Part shown: piece by piece, positions 48,113 to 57,316 of the stretch | Position numbering within the stretch: position 1 is the first letter of the stretch | Layout: each line of letters opens with the position of its first letter | Assembly (NCBI GenBank): GCA_963702475.1 | Contig: CAVPCT010000003.1 | Location: 1,073,819 to 1,137,818, forward strand | DNA length: 64,000 bases | DNA from: an uncultured Thermoleophilia bacterium | GTDB lineage: Bacteria; Actinomycetota; Thermoleophilia; UBA2241 | Direction of reading: 5' to 3' | Notes under the pieces: generated by a model | Told to the model about the DNA's origin: nothing | Databases searched by the model: none | What the model saw: the letters and a program-made list of their open reading frames with translations, nothing else | Made by a program: the position numbers and the translations under genes

Positions 48113-49455
48113 TGTTCACCGAGGACTGGGACAAGCTCAGCGCCGAGGAGCGTTTCGAGAAGCGCTTCGAGGTCTGGCAGGACCCCGACATCGAGTTCGT
48201 CTCCTCCGCGGTCAAGGCGGAGTACCGGGAGCGCGTCCAGATGTTCAAGGACGCGATCCAGCTCAAGAAGCCGTCGCGTCCGCCCGTCGCCCCGTGGGTC
48301 GCGCTGTTCCCCGGGCTCGACGCCGGGCTCACCGCCAAAGAGACCTACTACGACTTCGACAAGCTGCACGACGCCTGGATCCGGTTCCACGACATCTACC
48401 GGCCGGACGTGCTGGCCTTCACCATCAACATCGCCCCGGTGAAGGTGTACGACGCCCTCGACTACAAGCTCTACGACTGGCCCGGTCACGGCGTCGGCGA
48501 GGACTCCGGCTACCAGTACAACGAGGCCGAGTACATGGCGGCCGGCGAGTACGACAAGCTCATCGCCGACCCCTCCAACTACTGGCAGCGCTTCTACCTG
48601 CCGCGCATCGTCGGCGCCATGGAGCCGTGGGCGACCCTCGACCCCTTCACCGACCTGGTCGAGGGCCCGATGGTCGGCCCGTTCTTCATCCCCTTCGGCA
48701 CGCCGCCGGTGAAGGAGATGCTGAAGAAGATGATGGCGGCCGGCGACGCCGCGCTCGAGTGGGTCCAGGCCATGACGAAGATGGACCAGGACTCCATGGC
48801 CCGCTTCGGCATCCCCGGCTTCGCCGGCGGCGCCACCAAGGCCCCGTACGACATCCTCGCCGACACCATGCGCGGCACGCGCGGCATCATGCTCGACAAG
48901 TTCCGCCGGCCGGAGAAGATCCTCGAGGCCTGCGAGCGTCTCGTGCCGCTGGCCATCGACTGGGGCATCCGCCCCTGCAACGTGAACAAGCACCCCATGG
49001 TGTTCATCCCGCTGCACAAGGGCGCCGACGGGTTCCTGAGCGACGAGGACTTCCGCACGTTCTACTGGCCGAGCTTCAAGAAGGTGCTGCTCGGCCTCAT
49101 CGAGGACGGCATCACGCCCTTGTGCTTCGCCGAGGGCGGCTACAACGAGCGCCTCGAGGCCATCCACGACCCGGAGATCCCCGCCGGCAAGATGATCTGG
49201 ATGTTCGACGCCACCAACATGAGCGAGGCCAGGAAGCACCTGGGTGGCTACCAGTGCATCGGCGGCAACGTGCCCGGCGCCCTGCTCACCACCGGCACCG
49301 TGCAGGACATGGACGACTACGTGCGCCAGCTCATCGAGGACGTCGCCGGCGACGGCGGCTTCATCCTGGGCTCCGGCATCGTGATCGACGCGGCCAAGCC
49401 CGAGTGCTTCAAGGCGATGATCGACGCCGGCAGGAAGTACGGCGCGCAGGTGTGA
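48112..49455 (+). CDS. URO-D/MtaA-CmuA superfamily corrinoid methyltransferase
   Basis: EYM...EYD, APYDILADTMRG, PLHKG..FLS, FYWP, GGNVP, GGFIL; adjacent to a corrinoid protein. Confidence 0.8.
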   Translation: MFTEDWDKLSAEERFEKRFEVWQDPDIEFVSSAVKAEYRERVQMFKDAIQLKKPSRPPVAPWVALFPGLDAGLTAKETYYDFDKLHDAWIRFHDIYRPDVLAFTINIAPVKVYDALDYKLYDWPGHGVGEDSGYQYNEAEYMAAGEYDKLIADPSNYWQRFYLPRIVGAMEPWATLDPFTDLVEGPMVGPFFIPFGTPPVKEMLKKMMAAGDAALEWVQAMTKMDQDSMARFGIPGFAGGATKAPYDILADTMRGTRGIMLDKFRRPEKILEACERLVPLAIDWGIRPCNVNKHPMVFIPLHKGADGFLSDEDFRTFYWPSFKKVLLGLIEDGITPLCFAEGGYNERLEAIHDPEIPAGKMIWMFDATNMSEARKHLGGYQCIGGNVPGALLTTGTVQDMDDYVRQLIEDVAGDGGFILGSGIVIDAAKPECFKAMIDAGRKYGAQV

Positions 49456-49524
49456 CCTCCGGCGCGCCGAGTCCTGACGGCCGCGGCGCGGGTGTGGGCG
49501 GAGGCGCGCCGGGCCGCTGCGTCG

Positions 49525-49559
49525 CGGCGCGCCGGGTCGGAGAGCGACCCGGCGCGCCG
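49525..49559. terminator. 15-bp GC stem hairpin after the methyltransferase
   Basis: cggcgcgccgggtcg-gagag-cgacccggcgcgccg. Confidence 0.65.
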
Positions 49560-49596
49560 AACAGGACGACGCAACACCCGCCCGGCCTCCTCGTGC

Positions 49597-49621
49597 GTTC
49601 GAGTCCGGGAAGGTCCACCAG
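49597..49621 (+). mobile_element. Degenerate tRNA-3'-end-like (att-like) site 1
   Basis: GTTCGAGTCCGGGAAGGTCCACCA-G; AGGTCCACCAG core shared with 59019 and 62447. Confidence 0.55.
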
Positions 49622-49771
49622 TCGTTGTCAGAATGACAACGTTTTCCCCTGCAAGAAGTCACTCTTTGCCTACCCGGTCGCCTACCTGTTCGTCCATCCG
49701 GATGAGCTGAGTGATGTTGGCTCCCGTTCGGTGATCAAGACCGGCGCGATGGGCTCGGGGACCGGGAAGCC

Positions 49772-51031
49772 CTAGGACTCTTGGCGTCGCTCGTCGACCT
49801 TGACGGCGTCCTTCTGGGCTGTCCCGTGGCTTCTCATCACCATCAGGACGACTGCCAGGGCGAGGCCTACGGCGTTGATGACGGCGGCGATAACGAAGGC
49901 CGGGGAGTAGCTCCCTTGGGTCTCCTGGATCGAGGCCCCCAGCCGCGGGCCGAGCAGTGCCGAGACCGCCACGGTCAGGAACATGACCCCGTAGTTGATG
50001 GGCAGATGCTGCGCGCCGAAAGCGTCTGCGGTCGAGGGACCGATGAGAGCCAGGAACCCCCCGTAGCAGAAGCCGACGACCGTGATGCCGGCCACGAGAG
50101 GTGCGTAGCTCGAGGTGGCCGCCATGAGCAGCAGCGCGGCCACGCCGAGGGCAAACATTCCGACGAACACAGGGAAGTGTCCGAGTCTGTCTGACAGCCA
50201 ACCCCAAGCGACCTTCCCGGCGACGAGGCCGAGCGCGAGGATGGAGACGACGGCGCCGGCGGCCTCCGGGGAGATACTGAGGATCTCCTGTGCGATCGGC
50301 GAGGCGAGGCTGACCACGAGGTTGCCGGCGAGGGTCCCCATGACGAAGAGCGCCGCGAGCGCAACGAACGTGCGGGTGCGCAGCATCGCTCGCCAGTCTC
50401 GCTCGCGCGTGGAGTCGACCTGCGCCGGGTCAGCGGCCGTACCCGACCACCTCGCAGGAGCGAAGTCGTGCGGAGCCTTTCTCACGAAGAGCGAGCAGAT
50501 GGCAATGGTCACAAAGAAGGTGACGCCCATGAGCCGCAGCGTCCACGTCAGCCCGTACTGGCTGATGAGGGTGACGGCGACTGGCGCCCAGACGACCGCC
50601 CCCAGTCCGTAGCCCGCGATCAGAAGGCCGGAGGCGAGGCCGCGCTTGTCGGGGAAGAAGCGGATGCTGTTGCTCATGGTCGCACCGGGGCACACGACCC
50701 CGAGGCCGAAGCCGACGAGAAGGGTGAAGGCGTAGAGCGCGCCCAGCGAGGAGACCGACCCGACTCCTACGAGCCCCGCGCCGAAAACGGCGCCGCCGAT
50801 GAGCAGCAGTGTGCGCGGCTGCACGTACTGCAGGGCTTTGCCCGAGGCGAGGGCGGCAATCGCCCCGACTACGAAGATGATGGTGAACGAGAGCGAGACC
50901 TCGGCCACCGACCAGCCGTAGGCCGCGGATAGGGGCTTCATCAGTACGCTCCAAGCGTACCCGAAGCCGACGCAGAGGCTGGCGACGAGGGAGGCGGCGA
51001 GCGTCAGCCAGCGGCGAGGCGGTCTGCTCAT
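49772..51031 (-). CDS. MFS transporter, OFA (oxalate/formate antiporter)-like
   Basis: YAWSV, FPDKRGLASG, GWLSDRLG, CYGG, FG....INYG; ~12 TMs. Confidence 0.9.
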   Translation of the reverse strand: MSRPPRRWLTLAASLVASLCVGFGYAWSVLMKPLSAAYGWSVAEVSLSFTIIFVVGAIAALASGKALQYVQPRTLLLIGGAVFGAGLVGVGSVSSLGALYAFTLLVGFGLGVVCPGATMSNSIRFFPDKRGLASGLLIAGYGLGAVVWAPVAVTLISQYGLTWTLRLMGVTFFVTIAICSLFVRKAPHDFAPARWSGTAADPAQVDSTRERDWRAMLRTRTFVALAALFVMGTLAGNLVVSLASPIAQEILSISPEAAGAVVSILALGLVAGKVAWGWLSDRLGHFPVFVGMFALGVAALLLMAATSSYAPLVAGITVVGFCYGGFLALIGPSTADAFGAQHLPINYGVMFLTVAVSALLGPRLGASIQETQGSYSPAFVIAAVINAVGLALAVVLMVMRSHGTAQKDAVKVDERRQES

Positions 51032-51098
51032 TTCCGAGTCCGGGGGTCCGCCTAGTCGGCGTGCCGCAGCGGCGTGACGGCATCTCCGAGGACACAGA

Positions 51099-51803
51099 TC
51101 ATGGCGGCGTGGCGGGCAAGCCGTTGCCCGCCAAGATCCAGCTGATGAACTTCTCCCAAAGGGATGTCGCGAGCTGAACGTCCACGCTCTCAGGATCGGC
51201 GAGCAACTGGAGGGCCAGGCCGTCGGTCATCGCCACCGTGAGCGCGGCGATGACCCGGACCTCGGGCGTCTCTTCCACGCAATGACCGCTCAGGATCGCG
51301 CGGACGTTCGATGTCGTGTACGACCGATAGAGCTCAGCGAGACGTGCTCTCGAACCGGCGTCCTCCAGGACGTGCGGCAAGAGGTCGTACCACAGTCGAT
51401 ACGAGTCCAGGTTGGCGAGCATCCGCACGTTGATCTGCATGAACACGGGGACGTGGTCCTCGTCGTCCCGCAACCTGGAAAGCTGCTGGCCGACCTCCCA
51501 GAGCGTGTCGTAGATGAACCAGTCAAGCAGCGCGACGAGAAGTCCGGCTTTGCTGCCGAAGTGATAGCTCACCAGATTCGGGCTGAGGCCGGCTTCCTTG
51601 CCGACGGAGGTGTAGGTCAGGCCTTTGTACCCGGACCGCTCGACGACCCGTCTCGCCGCCTCGAGGAGTTGGCGGGCCGTGGGTGACAGGCTCGCCTGAG
51701 CGCTTGGGAACGGGAGCGCGCTGCGCGGAGCGGAAGGCCCCCGTCCTGGCGACCGGCCTGCCCTTCGCTGTGCCGTCTTCTGCTGCTCACTGACCTTTGT
51801 CAT
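51099..51803 (-). CDS. TetR-family regulator
   Basis: LLEAA...GY.GLT..VGKEAGLS..LVSYHFGSK..LL. Confidence 0.92.
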   Translation of the reverse strand: MTKVSEQQKTAQRRAGRSPGRGPSAPRSALPFPSAQASLSPTARQLLEAARRVVERSGYKGLTYTSVGKEAGLSPNLVSYHFGSKAGLLVALLDWFIYDTLWEVGQQLSRLRDDEDHVPVFMQINVRMLANLDSYRLWYDLLPHVLEDAGSRARLAELYRSYTTSNVRAILSGHCVEETPEVRVIAALTVAMTDGLALQLLADPESVDVQLATSLWEKFISWILAGNGLPATPP

Positions 51804-52052
51804 CGAGCCTGCTCCTTCGGGTGGCAGGGGGTGAGTCTATCACTTGGGCTCCTGCTGGTGTCGCTTGTGTTGTGTATCACACAGTCTTGACGATTGCACG
51901 TGACGGCCTTGGAGGACCGTACCCAGCCAAATACGCTGACGTGGCTCAATGCTTGCCGGACAACAATCTATTTAGCAGGAGAAATGACGTTTCACGACGC
52001 CAATCCTGCCTATCTGTGACCAAGCGGAGCCGGACGCCGAATGGCGAATCTA

Positions 52053-52104
52053 TTGACAGCCCTATTCCGTCGTGCTATCAACCATATTTGTGTGTCACAC
52101 AAAT
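52053..52104 (+). promoter_or_regulatory. mttB promoter with downstream palindromic operator
   Basis: TTGACA 52053-58, 17 nt, TGcTATCAA; atttgtgtg-t-cacacaaat at 52086-52104; related TGTGT-atc-ACACA at 51871-83. Confidence 0.75.
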
Positions 52105-52170
52105 CTGCTGGAGGGCTCCAGCCACTGAGGTCGGGGGCCCATCAAGCACTTGCGTGATGGGAGAGGAGCT

Positions 52171-53634
52171 ATGAAGAGAGGGTTCAGCGCGGGCGGCCTC
52201 TGTCATGGAGGGGCGGGACTCGCCCTTCTGACAGAAAGCGAGCTCGCCGAGATCCAGAGGGCCACGTTGGAGGTGCTCGAGCGCACCGGCATCTGGGTGG
52301 AGGACGACGAGGCCTTCGCGGTCTTCGCCGAGGCCGGCTGCCGCGTGGATGCCGAGACGCACATCGTGCGCATCCCCGGTCGCCTGGTCGAGATGGCCGT
52401 CCAGTCCACGCCCCAGACCTTCCGCCTCTACGGGCGCGACCCCAAGAACGACGTCGTGCTCGGCGGTCACAACGTGCACTTCATGAACTTCGGTATCGGC
52501 ATCTACCTCACCGACCCGGTGACCGGGGAGCACCGTCCGAGCCAGAAGAGCGACGTCGGCGACGCCGCGAAGATGGTGGACTACTGCAGCGAGATCGACG
52601 TGCTGCTCGAGCCGCTGATCCCGCACGGCGTCATCAACCCAGCGATGCACATCCTCGAGATGGAGCTGAACAACTGCACCAAGCCCGCGATCTCGGGGCC
52701 GGGGTCGGCAGAAGAGGCCGAGGCGTGCATCGATATCGCGGCTGCCGTCGTCGGGGGCCGCGACAAGCTGCGTGAGCGGCCGATCATCGGCATGGGCGCG
52801 TGCACCGTCAGTCCTCTTGAGCTGACGCGGGAAGGTACGTGCGCCTGGATGGCCGGCGCGAGGGCCGGGGTCCCGGTCACCGTCACCTCGATGACGATGG
52901 CCGGCGGCAGCGGCCCGCAGACCCTGGCCGGCACGCTGGTGGTGGCGAACGCCGAGGTGCTCGCCGCGGCGGTCCTCATCCAGCTCGTGGCGCCGGGCAA
53001 CCCGATCATCTTCTCCTCGTCGACGCTGGCGATGGACCTGCGCTACGGCGCGGCAGTGCTGGGGACGCCGGAGGGCGCTCTGCTGAACTCCGCCTTCGCG
53101 CAGCTCGCGCAGATGCACGGCGTGCCCTCCTGGGTCCAGGGGTTGTAGGCGGACTCCAAGATCGGTGACGCCCAAACGGCACACGAAAAGACCCTCACCG
53201 GTTTCGCAGCAGCGTTGGCAGGGGCCAACCTGATCTACGGTGCGGGGATGTTCGAGTCGGGCATCACCTTCGACTACGGCCAGCTGCTCATCGACAACGA
53301 GATCGCGGCCATCATCAGGCGCTACGTCCAGGGCATCCCGGTGAACGAGGAGACCCTCGCGGTCGACCTCATCCACGAGATCGGCCCCAAGGGCGACTAC
53401 CTCTCCTGCGACCACACGATGAAGCACATGCGGGAGACCATCTTGCCGCCGCTCTTCGACCGTCGCGTGCGCCAGGAGTGGCAAGCCGATGGAGCGACGG
53501 ACCTCTACGCCCGCGCCACCGAGGAGTCGCGGCGCGTGCTCGCCGAGCACGTGGTCGAGCCACTGCCGGAGAGCGTCCAGAACGAGATCCGCGGCATCGT
53601 CGACGACGTCGAGACGGCCTTGGCTCCCGCCTGA
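52171..53634 (+). CDS. mttB: Trimethylamine:corrinoid methyltransferase with in-frame amber codon (predicted pyrrolysine, codon 326; 487 aa)
   Basis: ORFs 52150..53148 and 53215..53634 share one frame, separated only by TAG 53146-48: GVPSWVQGL-(TAG)-ADSKIGDAQTAHEKTLT..ALAGANLIYGAGM, the Pyl-MttB context. Confidence 0.9.
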
Positions 53635-53674
53635 CCGTCCGTTGGCTGAGAAGAGAAAGGACATCGCACGAGCC

Positions 53675-54311
53675 ATGGCAGACTTTGAGTCCCTCAAGCA
53701 GATGATCATCGACGGCAACGACGCCGCCACGGCCGCGACCCAGGCGCTGGTCGACGGCGGTGCCGCCGCCCGCGAGATCCTCGACAACGCCCTGCTCCCC
53801 GGCATGGACGTGGTCGGCGCGCAGATGAAGAGCGGCGACAAGTTCATCCCCGAGGTGCTGCTCAGCGCCCGCACCATGCAGGGCTGCCTCGACATCATCA
53901 AGCCGCTCCTCGGTGAGGGCGGCGGCAGCCTCGGCACGGTCGTCATCGGCACCGTCGAGGGCGACATGCACGACATCGGCAAGAACCTCGTCGCGATGCT
54001 GCTGTCCGGCGCCGGCTTCGAGGTCATCAACCTCGGCAAGGGCATCACCCCCGCCGACCTCGTCGCCGCCTGCAAGGAGCACGACGCCGACATCCTCGGC
54101 ATGAGCGGCCTGCTCGACGACGACCATCCCCAAGATGCCGGAGACGATCCAGGCGCTCAAGGACGCCGGCCTGCGCGACAAGATCAAGGTCATCATCGGC
54201 GGCGCCCCGGTCTCGGCCGAGTGGGCCGCCGAAGTGGGCGCGGACGCCTACGGCGCCAACGCCTCGCTCGGCGTCGAGAAGTGCAAGGAGCTCATGGGCG
54301 TCACCGTGTGA
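53675..54311 (+). CDS. mttC: Cognate corrinoid protein #3 (MttC-like), +1 insertion at ~54116
   Basis: FIPEVLLSAR, GTVEGDMHDIGKNLV, GMSGL; the shifted frame continues TTTIPKM..GLRDKIKVIIGGAPVS. Confidence 0.85.
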
Positions 54312-54323
54312 CGCACCCGAATA

Positions 54324-54356
54324 CGGCCCCGGTCCGGCGGCTGCGGACCGGGGCCG
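54324..54356. other. Intergenic 13-bp stem hairpin between mttC and the permease
   Basis: cggccccggtccg-N7-cggaccggggccg. Confidence 0.6.
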
Positions 54357-54394
54357 GACGTCCTGAACAGGACCTTCGTCTTACTGGGGGAACG

Positions 54395-55822
54395 ATGGAT
54401 CAGACTTCGCAAGCAGTGGGCCCGCAGCTCCACCGCACTCTTGGCACGTGGGGCAACGTCATGCTCACGCTGTCGGCCTGCGGTCCGGCCATGACCGTGT
54501 TCATCTACGTGCCCATCGTCTACTTCGTCGCAGGCACCTGGTCGTTCCTCGCCACGCTGATCGGCGCCGCCATCGCCTTCGGCGTGGCCTTCGTCTATGC
54601 CGAGGTGGGCACGGCGTTCCCCATCGCCGGAGGCGAGTACTCGATGATCTCGAGGGTGCTCGGCCGAGGCGTCGGCTTCGTCGTCTTCGCCATCCAGCTC
54701 TCGTTCTACGTGCTCATGCTGGCGACGTTCTCGTTCGGCGCCGGCATCCAACTGCAGACCGTCTGGGCATCGGTCGACCCGCGTCTGGTGGGCCTTGTCG
54801 TGTTCGCCGTCGCGGTCGTCCTCTCCATCCCCAACATCAATGTGGGCAAGGGCGTGACGGGAGTCCTGCTGGTGCTCCAGTTCGTCGCCATCGCCGTGGT
54901 GAGCGTCCTCGGCCTCGTCCATGCGCACTCCCCGGCGACGCGGCTCTTCGACCTGCAAGCCCTCGCTCCGGACGGCGCGGCCATGGCCATTACCTGGTCG
55001 GTGATCCTCGTGGGGCTGACCCTCGGCTTCTTCAACCTCACCGGCTTCAACCTGGTCGTCGTCTTCTCCGAGGAGACCAAGGACCCCAAGCGACGCATCC
55101 CTCGAGCGCTGCTGCTGGCGGTCGGCGTCCTCGCCGTGATCATCGTCGTGCCCACCGCGGCCGCACTCCTCGGCGCCCCGTCGCTCGAGGGTCTGTTCAC
55201 GAACCCGGCGCCGATGTCGTACATCCTGAGCAGCTACGGCATCAGCTCGCTGAACACGTTCATCAACCTCGCGGTGTTCGTCGCCATCGTGAACATGCAG
55301 CTCGCCAACGTCATGGCGTTCGGCCGCTTCCTCTACTCCGGCGCGCGTGACCAGGCCTTCCCGGGCCCGGTGAACCGTGCCCTCTCGATCCTGCACCCGC
55401 GCTTCGGCACCCCGTGGCTCGCCAGTCTCGTCATGGCGGTGCTCGGCGCCGTCGCGATGTTCTCCTCGGCGATCATCGGCTTGGTGACGCTGACCGGGTT
55501 CATCACCCTCGTGTTCATGACGCTCATGTGCATCGCCGCCATCCGCATCAGGTCGCTGCGCGACGCTCCCGATCACTACCGCATGCCGGCGTGGCCGTTC
55601 ATCCCGCTGGCGGTGATCGCCGTCTTCGTTGTGCTCGCCACTGGACAGACGGCGCACGACCTCATCATCACGGCCGCCATCGCCGGCGTCGGCATCCTCT
55701 ACTACTTCGCGTACCTCTGGCCGCGCCGAGACTCCCGATGGCTGCTCTGGGTGCCGGAACAGGATCAGCCCCGCGTGGAGAGTGGGGCCGGGATGGCTCC
55801 CGGAACGTCCACCGCCGGATGA
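54395..55822 (+). CDS. APC-family amino acid/amine permease
   Basis: LHRTLG, YAEVGTAFPIAGGEY, SEETKDPKRRIPRA, HPRFGTPW; ~12 TMs. Confidence 0.9.
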   Translation: MDQTSQAVGPQLHRTLGTWGNVMLTLSACGPAMTVFIYVPIVYFVAGTWSFLATLIGAAIAFGVAFVYAEVGTAFPIAGGEYSMISRVLGRGVGFVVFAIQLSFYVLMLATFSFGAGIQLQTVWASVDPRLVGLVVFAVAVVLSIPNINVGKGVTGVLLVLQFVAIAVVSVLGLVHAHSPATRLFDLQALAPDGAAMAITWSVILVGLTLGFFNLTGFNLVVVFSEETKDPKRRIPRALLLAVGVLAVIIVVPTAAALLGAPSLEGLFTNPAPMSYILSSYGISSLNTFINLAVFVAIVNMQLANVMAFGRFLYSGARDQAFPGPVNRALSILHPRFGTPWLASLVMAVLGAVAMFSSAIIGLVTLTGFITLVFMTLMCIAAIRIRSLRDAPDHYRMPAWPFIPLAVIAVFVVLATGQTAHDLIITAAIAGVGILYYFAYLWPRRDSRWLLWVPEQDQPRVESGAGMAPGTSTAG

Positions 55823-55851
55823 CGGCCGCCGTCGTGCGAAGGGAGCGCTGA

Positions 55852-57294
55852 ATGCCACCGCTGAAGACATCACTTCTCGGGGGAGCCGAGATCGAGTTCC
55901 TCCAGGAGAACGTCCTGCGTGTGCTCGAGGACGTCGGCGTCGACTTCGGCAGCCCCCGAGCACGACGGATCCTGCTCGAGGCCGGCTGCGCCGTGGACGG
56001 AGACCGGATCCGCTTCCCCCGCAGTCTGGTCGAATGGGCCATCGGCCAGCTCCGCAGGGAGGTGTTTCTCGCCGGCCGGGATCCGCGACGGGACGTGCTG
56101 CTCGACGGGTCGGCCACCTGTGTCGTCCCGGCCGGCATCTGTCCCTACGTGGCAGACCTCGAGACCGGGCTGCGCCGGGAGGCGACGCTCGACGACCTCG
56201 CCCAGACGGGGCTGGTGTGCGACGCCCTCGACGAGATCACGGCGCTCTGGTACCCGGTCGCTCCCTCTGCCGACACCGATGGCCTGACGATGAATCTCGC
56301 GTCGCTGGCCACACTGCTGCGAACCACGGGCAAGCACATCCAGGGGCAGCTGAACCGGCCCCATGACGTCCCCGTCGCCCTCGAGATGATGAGGGCCGCC
56401 AGCCCGGGCGACGACCCGCGCGAGCGGCCCATCTTCTCCAGTCTGTACTGTCCGGTGTCTCCTCTCATGCACGAGCAGGAGAGCGTCGAGGCCGGCATGG
56501 CGATGGCGGAGGCTCATCTGCCGATGCTGGTGATCACGCTCCCTCTGGCGGGCGGCACAGCTCCCGTCACCCTTGCCGGAGCCATCGTGCAGAACACGGC
56601 CGAGACCTTGAGCGCCGTGGTCCTCTTCAAACTCATCGACGAGGCGTGTCCGCTGATCCTCGCGGGGACGACCGGTGTCATGGACATGCGCAGTGGCGCC
56701 TTCTCCACGTCTGCCCCGGAGATCGCCCTCCTCAACATCGCGCACATCGAATTGATCCACGCCTACGGTGCTCCGGTCATGAGCGTCGGGTACCCCACCG
56801 ACTCCTACGGGCTCAGCCACAAGGCCGGAGCGGAGAGCATGGGCTACGGCACGCTCACCCGGCTGGCACGCCCCGACATGATGTTGGGACCAGGCAACAT
56901 GGAGGCCGGGAACACGTTCTCGCTGTGCAAACTGGTGCTGGACGCGGAGCTCCTCTCGTACAGCGCGCGCCTCATGCGCGGCCTCGTCGTAGACGAGGCC
57001 CACGTGGCATTCCGTTCGATCGCCGAAGTCGGCCCCGGCGGCAACTTCCTGGAGTGTGACGAGACCGTCAGCTTCGTGCGCGAGGGGGAGCACTGGCGCG
57101 CGCGCCTGCTAAGGCCGACGACCTGCGAGGAGTGGTCCCAGTCCGGCAGCGGTGCCTGGGAGGAGGAACTGAGGGCCTGCGTGCGCGAGATTCTGGGTTC
57201 CCATCACCCCATGCCGCTCCCTGAGGGCGCAGAGGCCGAGATCGCGGCGCTGCTCTCGCAGGCCCGCGGGTCGGCCGACGCCTCGCTTTCGTGA
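55852..57294 (+). CDS. Non-Pyl MttB-superfamily methyltransferase
   Basis: PVSPL, LAGGTAPVTLAG, MDMRSG, APE, VGPGGNFL; Pro (VGY-P-TDS) at the Pyl-equivalent position. Confidence 0.88.
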   Translation: MPPLKTSLLGGAEIEFLQENVLRVLEDVGVDFGSPRARRILLEAGCAVDGDRIRFPRSLVEWAIGQLRREVFLAGRDPRRDVLLDGSATCVVPAGICPYVADLETGLRREATLDDLAQTGLVCDALDEITALWYPVAPSADTDGLTMNLASLATLLRTTGKHIQGQLNRPHDVPVALEMMRAASPGDDPRERPIFSSLYCPVSPLMHEQESVEAGMAMAEAHLPMLVITLPLAGGTAPVTLAGAIVQNTAETLSAVVLFKLIDEACPLILAGTTGVMDMRSGAFSTSAPEIALLNIAHIELIHAYGAPVMSVGYPTDSYGLSHKAGAESMGYGTLTRLARPDMMLGPGNMEAGNTFSLCKLVLDAELLSYSARLMRGLVVDEAHVAFRSIAEVGPGGNFLECDETVSFVREGEHWRARLLRPTTCEEWSQSGSGAWEEELRACVREILGSHHPMPLPEGAEAEIAALLSQARGSADASLS

Positions 57295-57316
57295 GCGCAC
57301 GAGGAAGGGAAGGCCG

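Noticed and set aside
49560-49621. Intact tRNA or tRNA-Pyl at the tRNA-like sites
   Set aside because: Only T-loop/CCA-like 3' fragments are present, with no complementary 5' acceptor, D arm or anticodon arm. No CUA anticodon loop (CTCTAAA) was seen in the window.
53489-55822. 777-aa corrinoid-permease fusion ORF in the track
   Set aside because: Produced by the +1 insertion at ~54116. The true MttC C-terminus and stop (54309-11) are in another frame, and the permease has its own SD and ATG at 54395.
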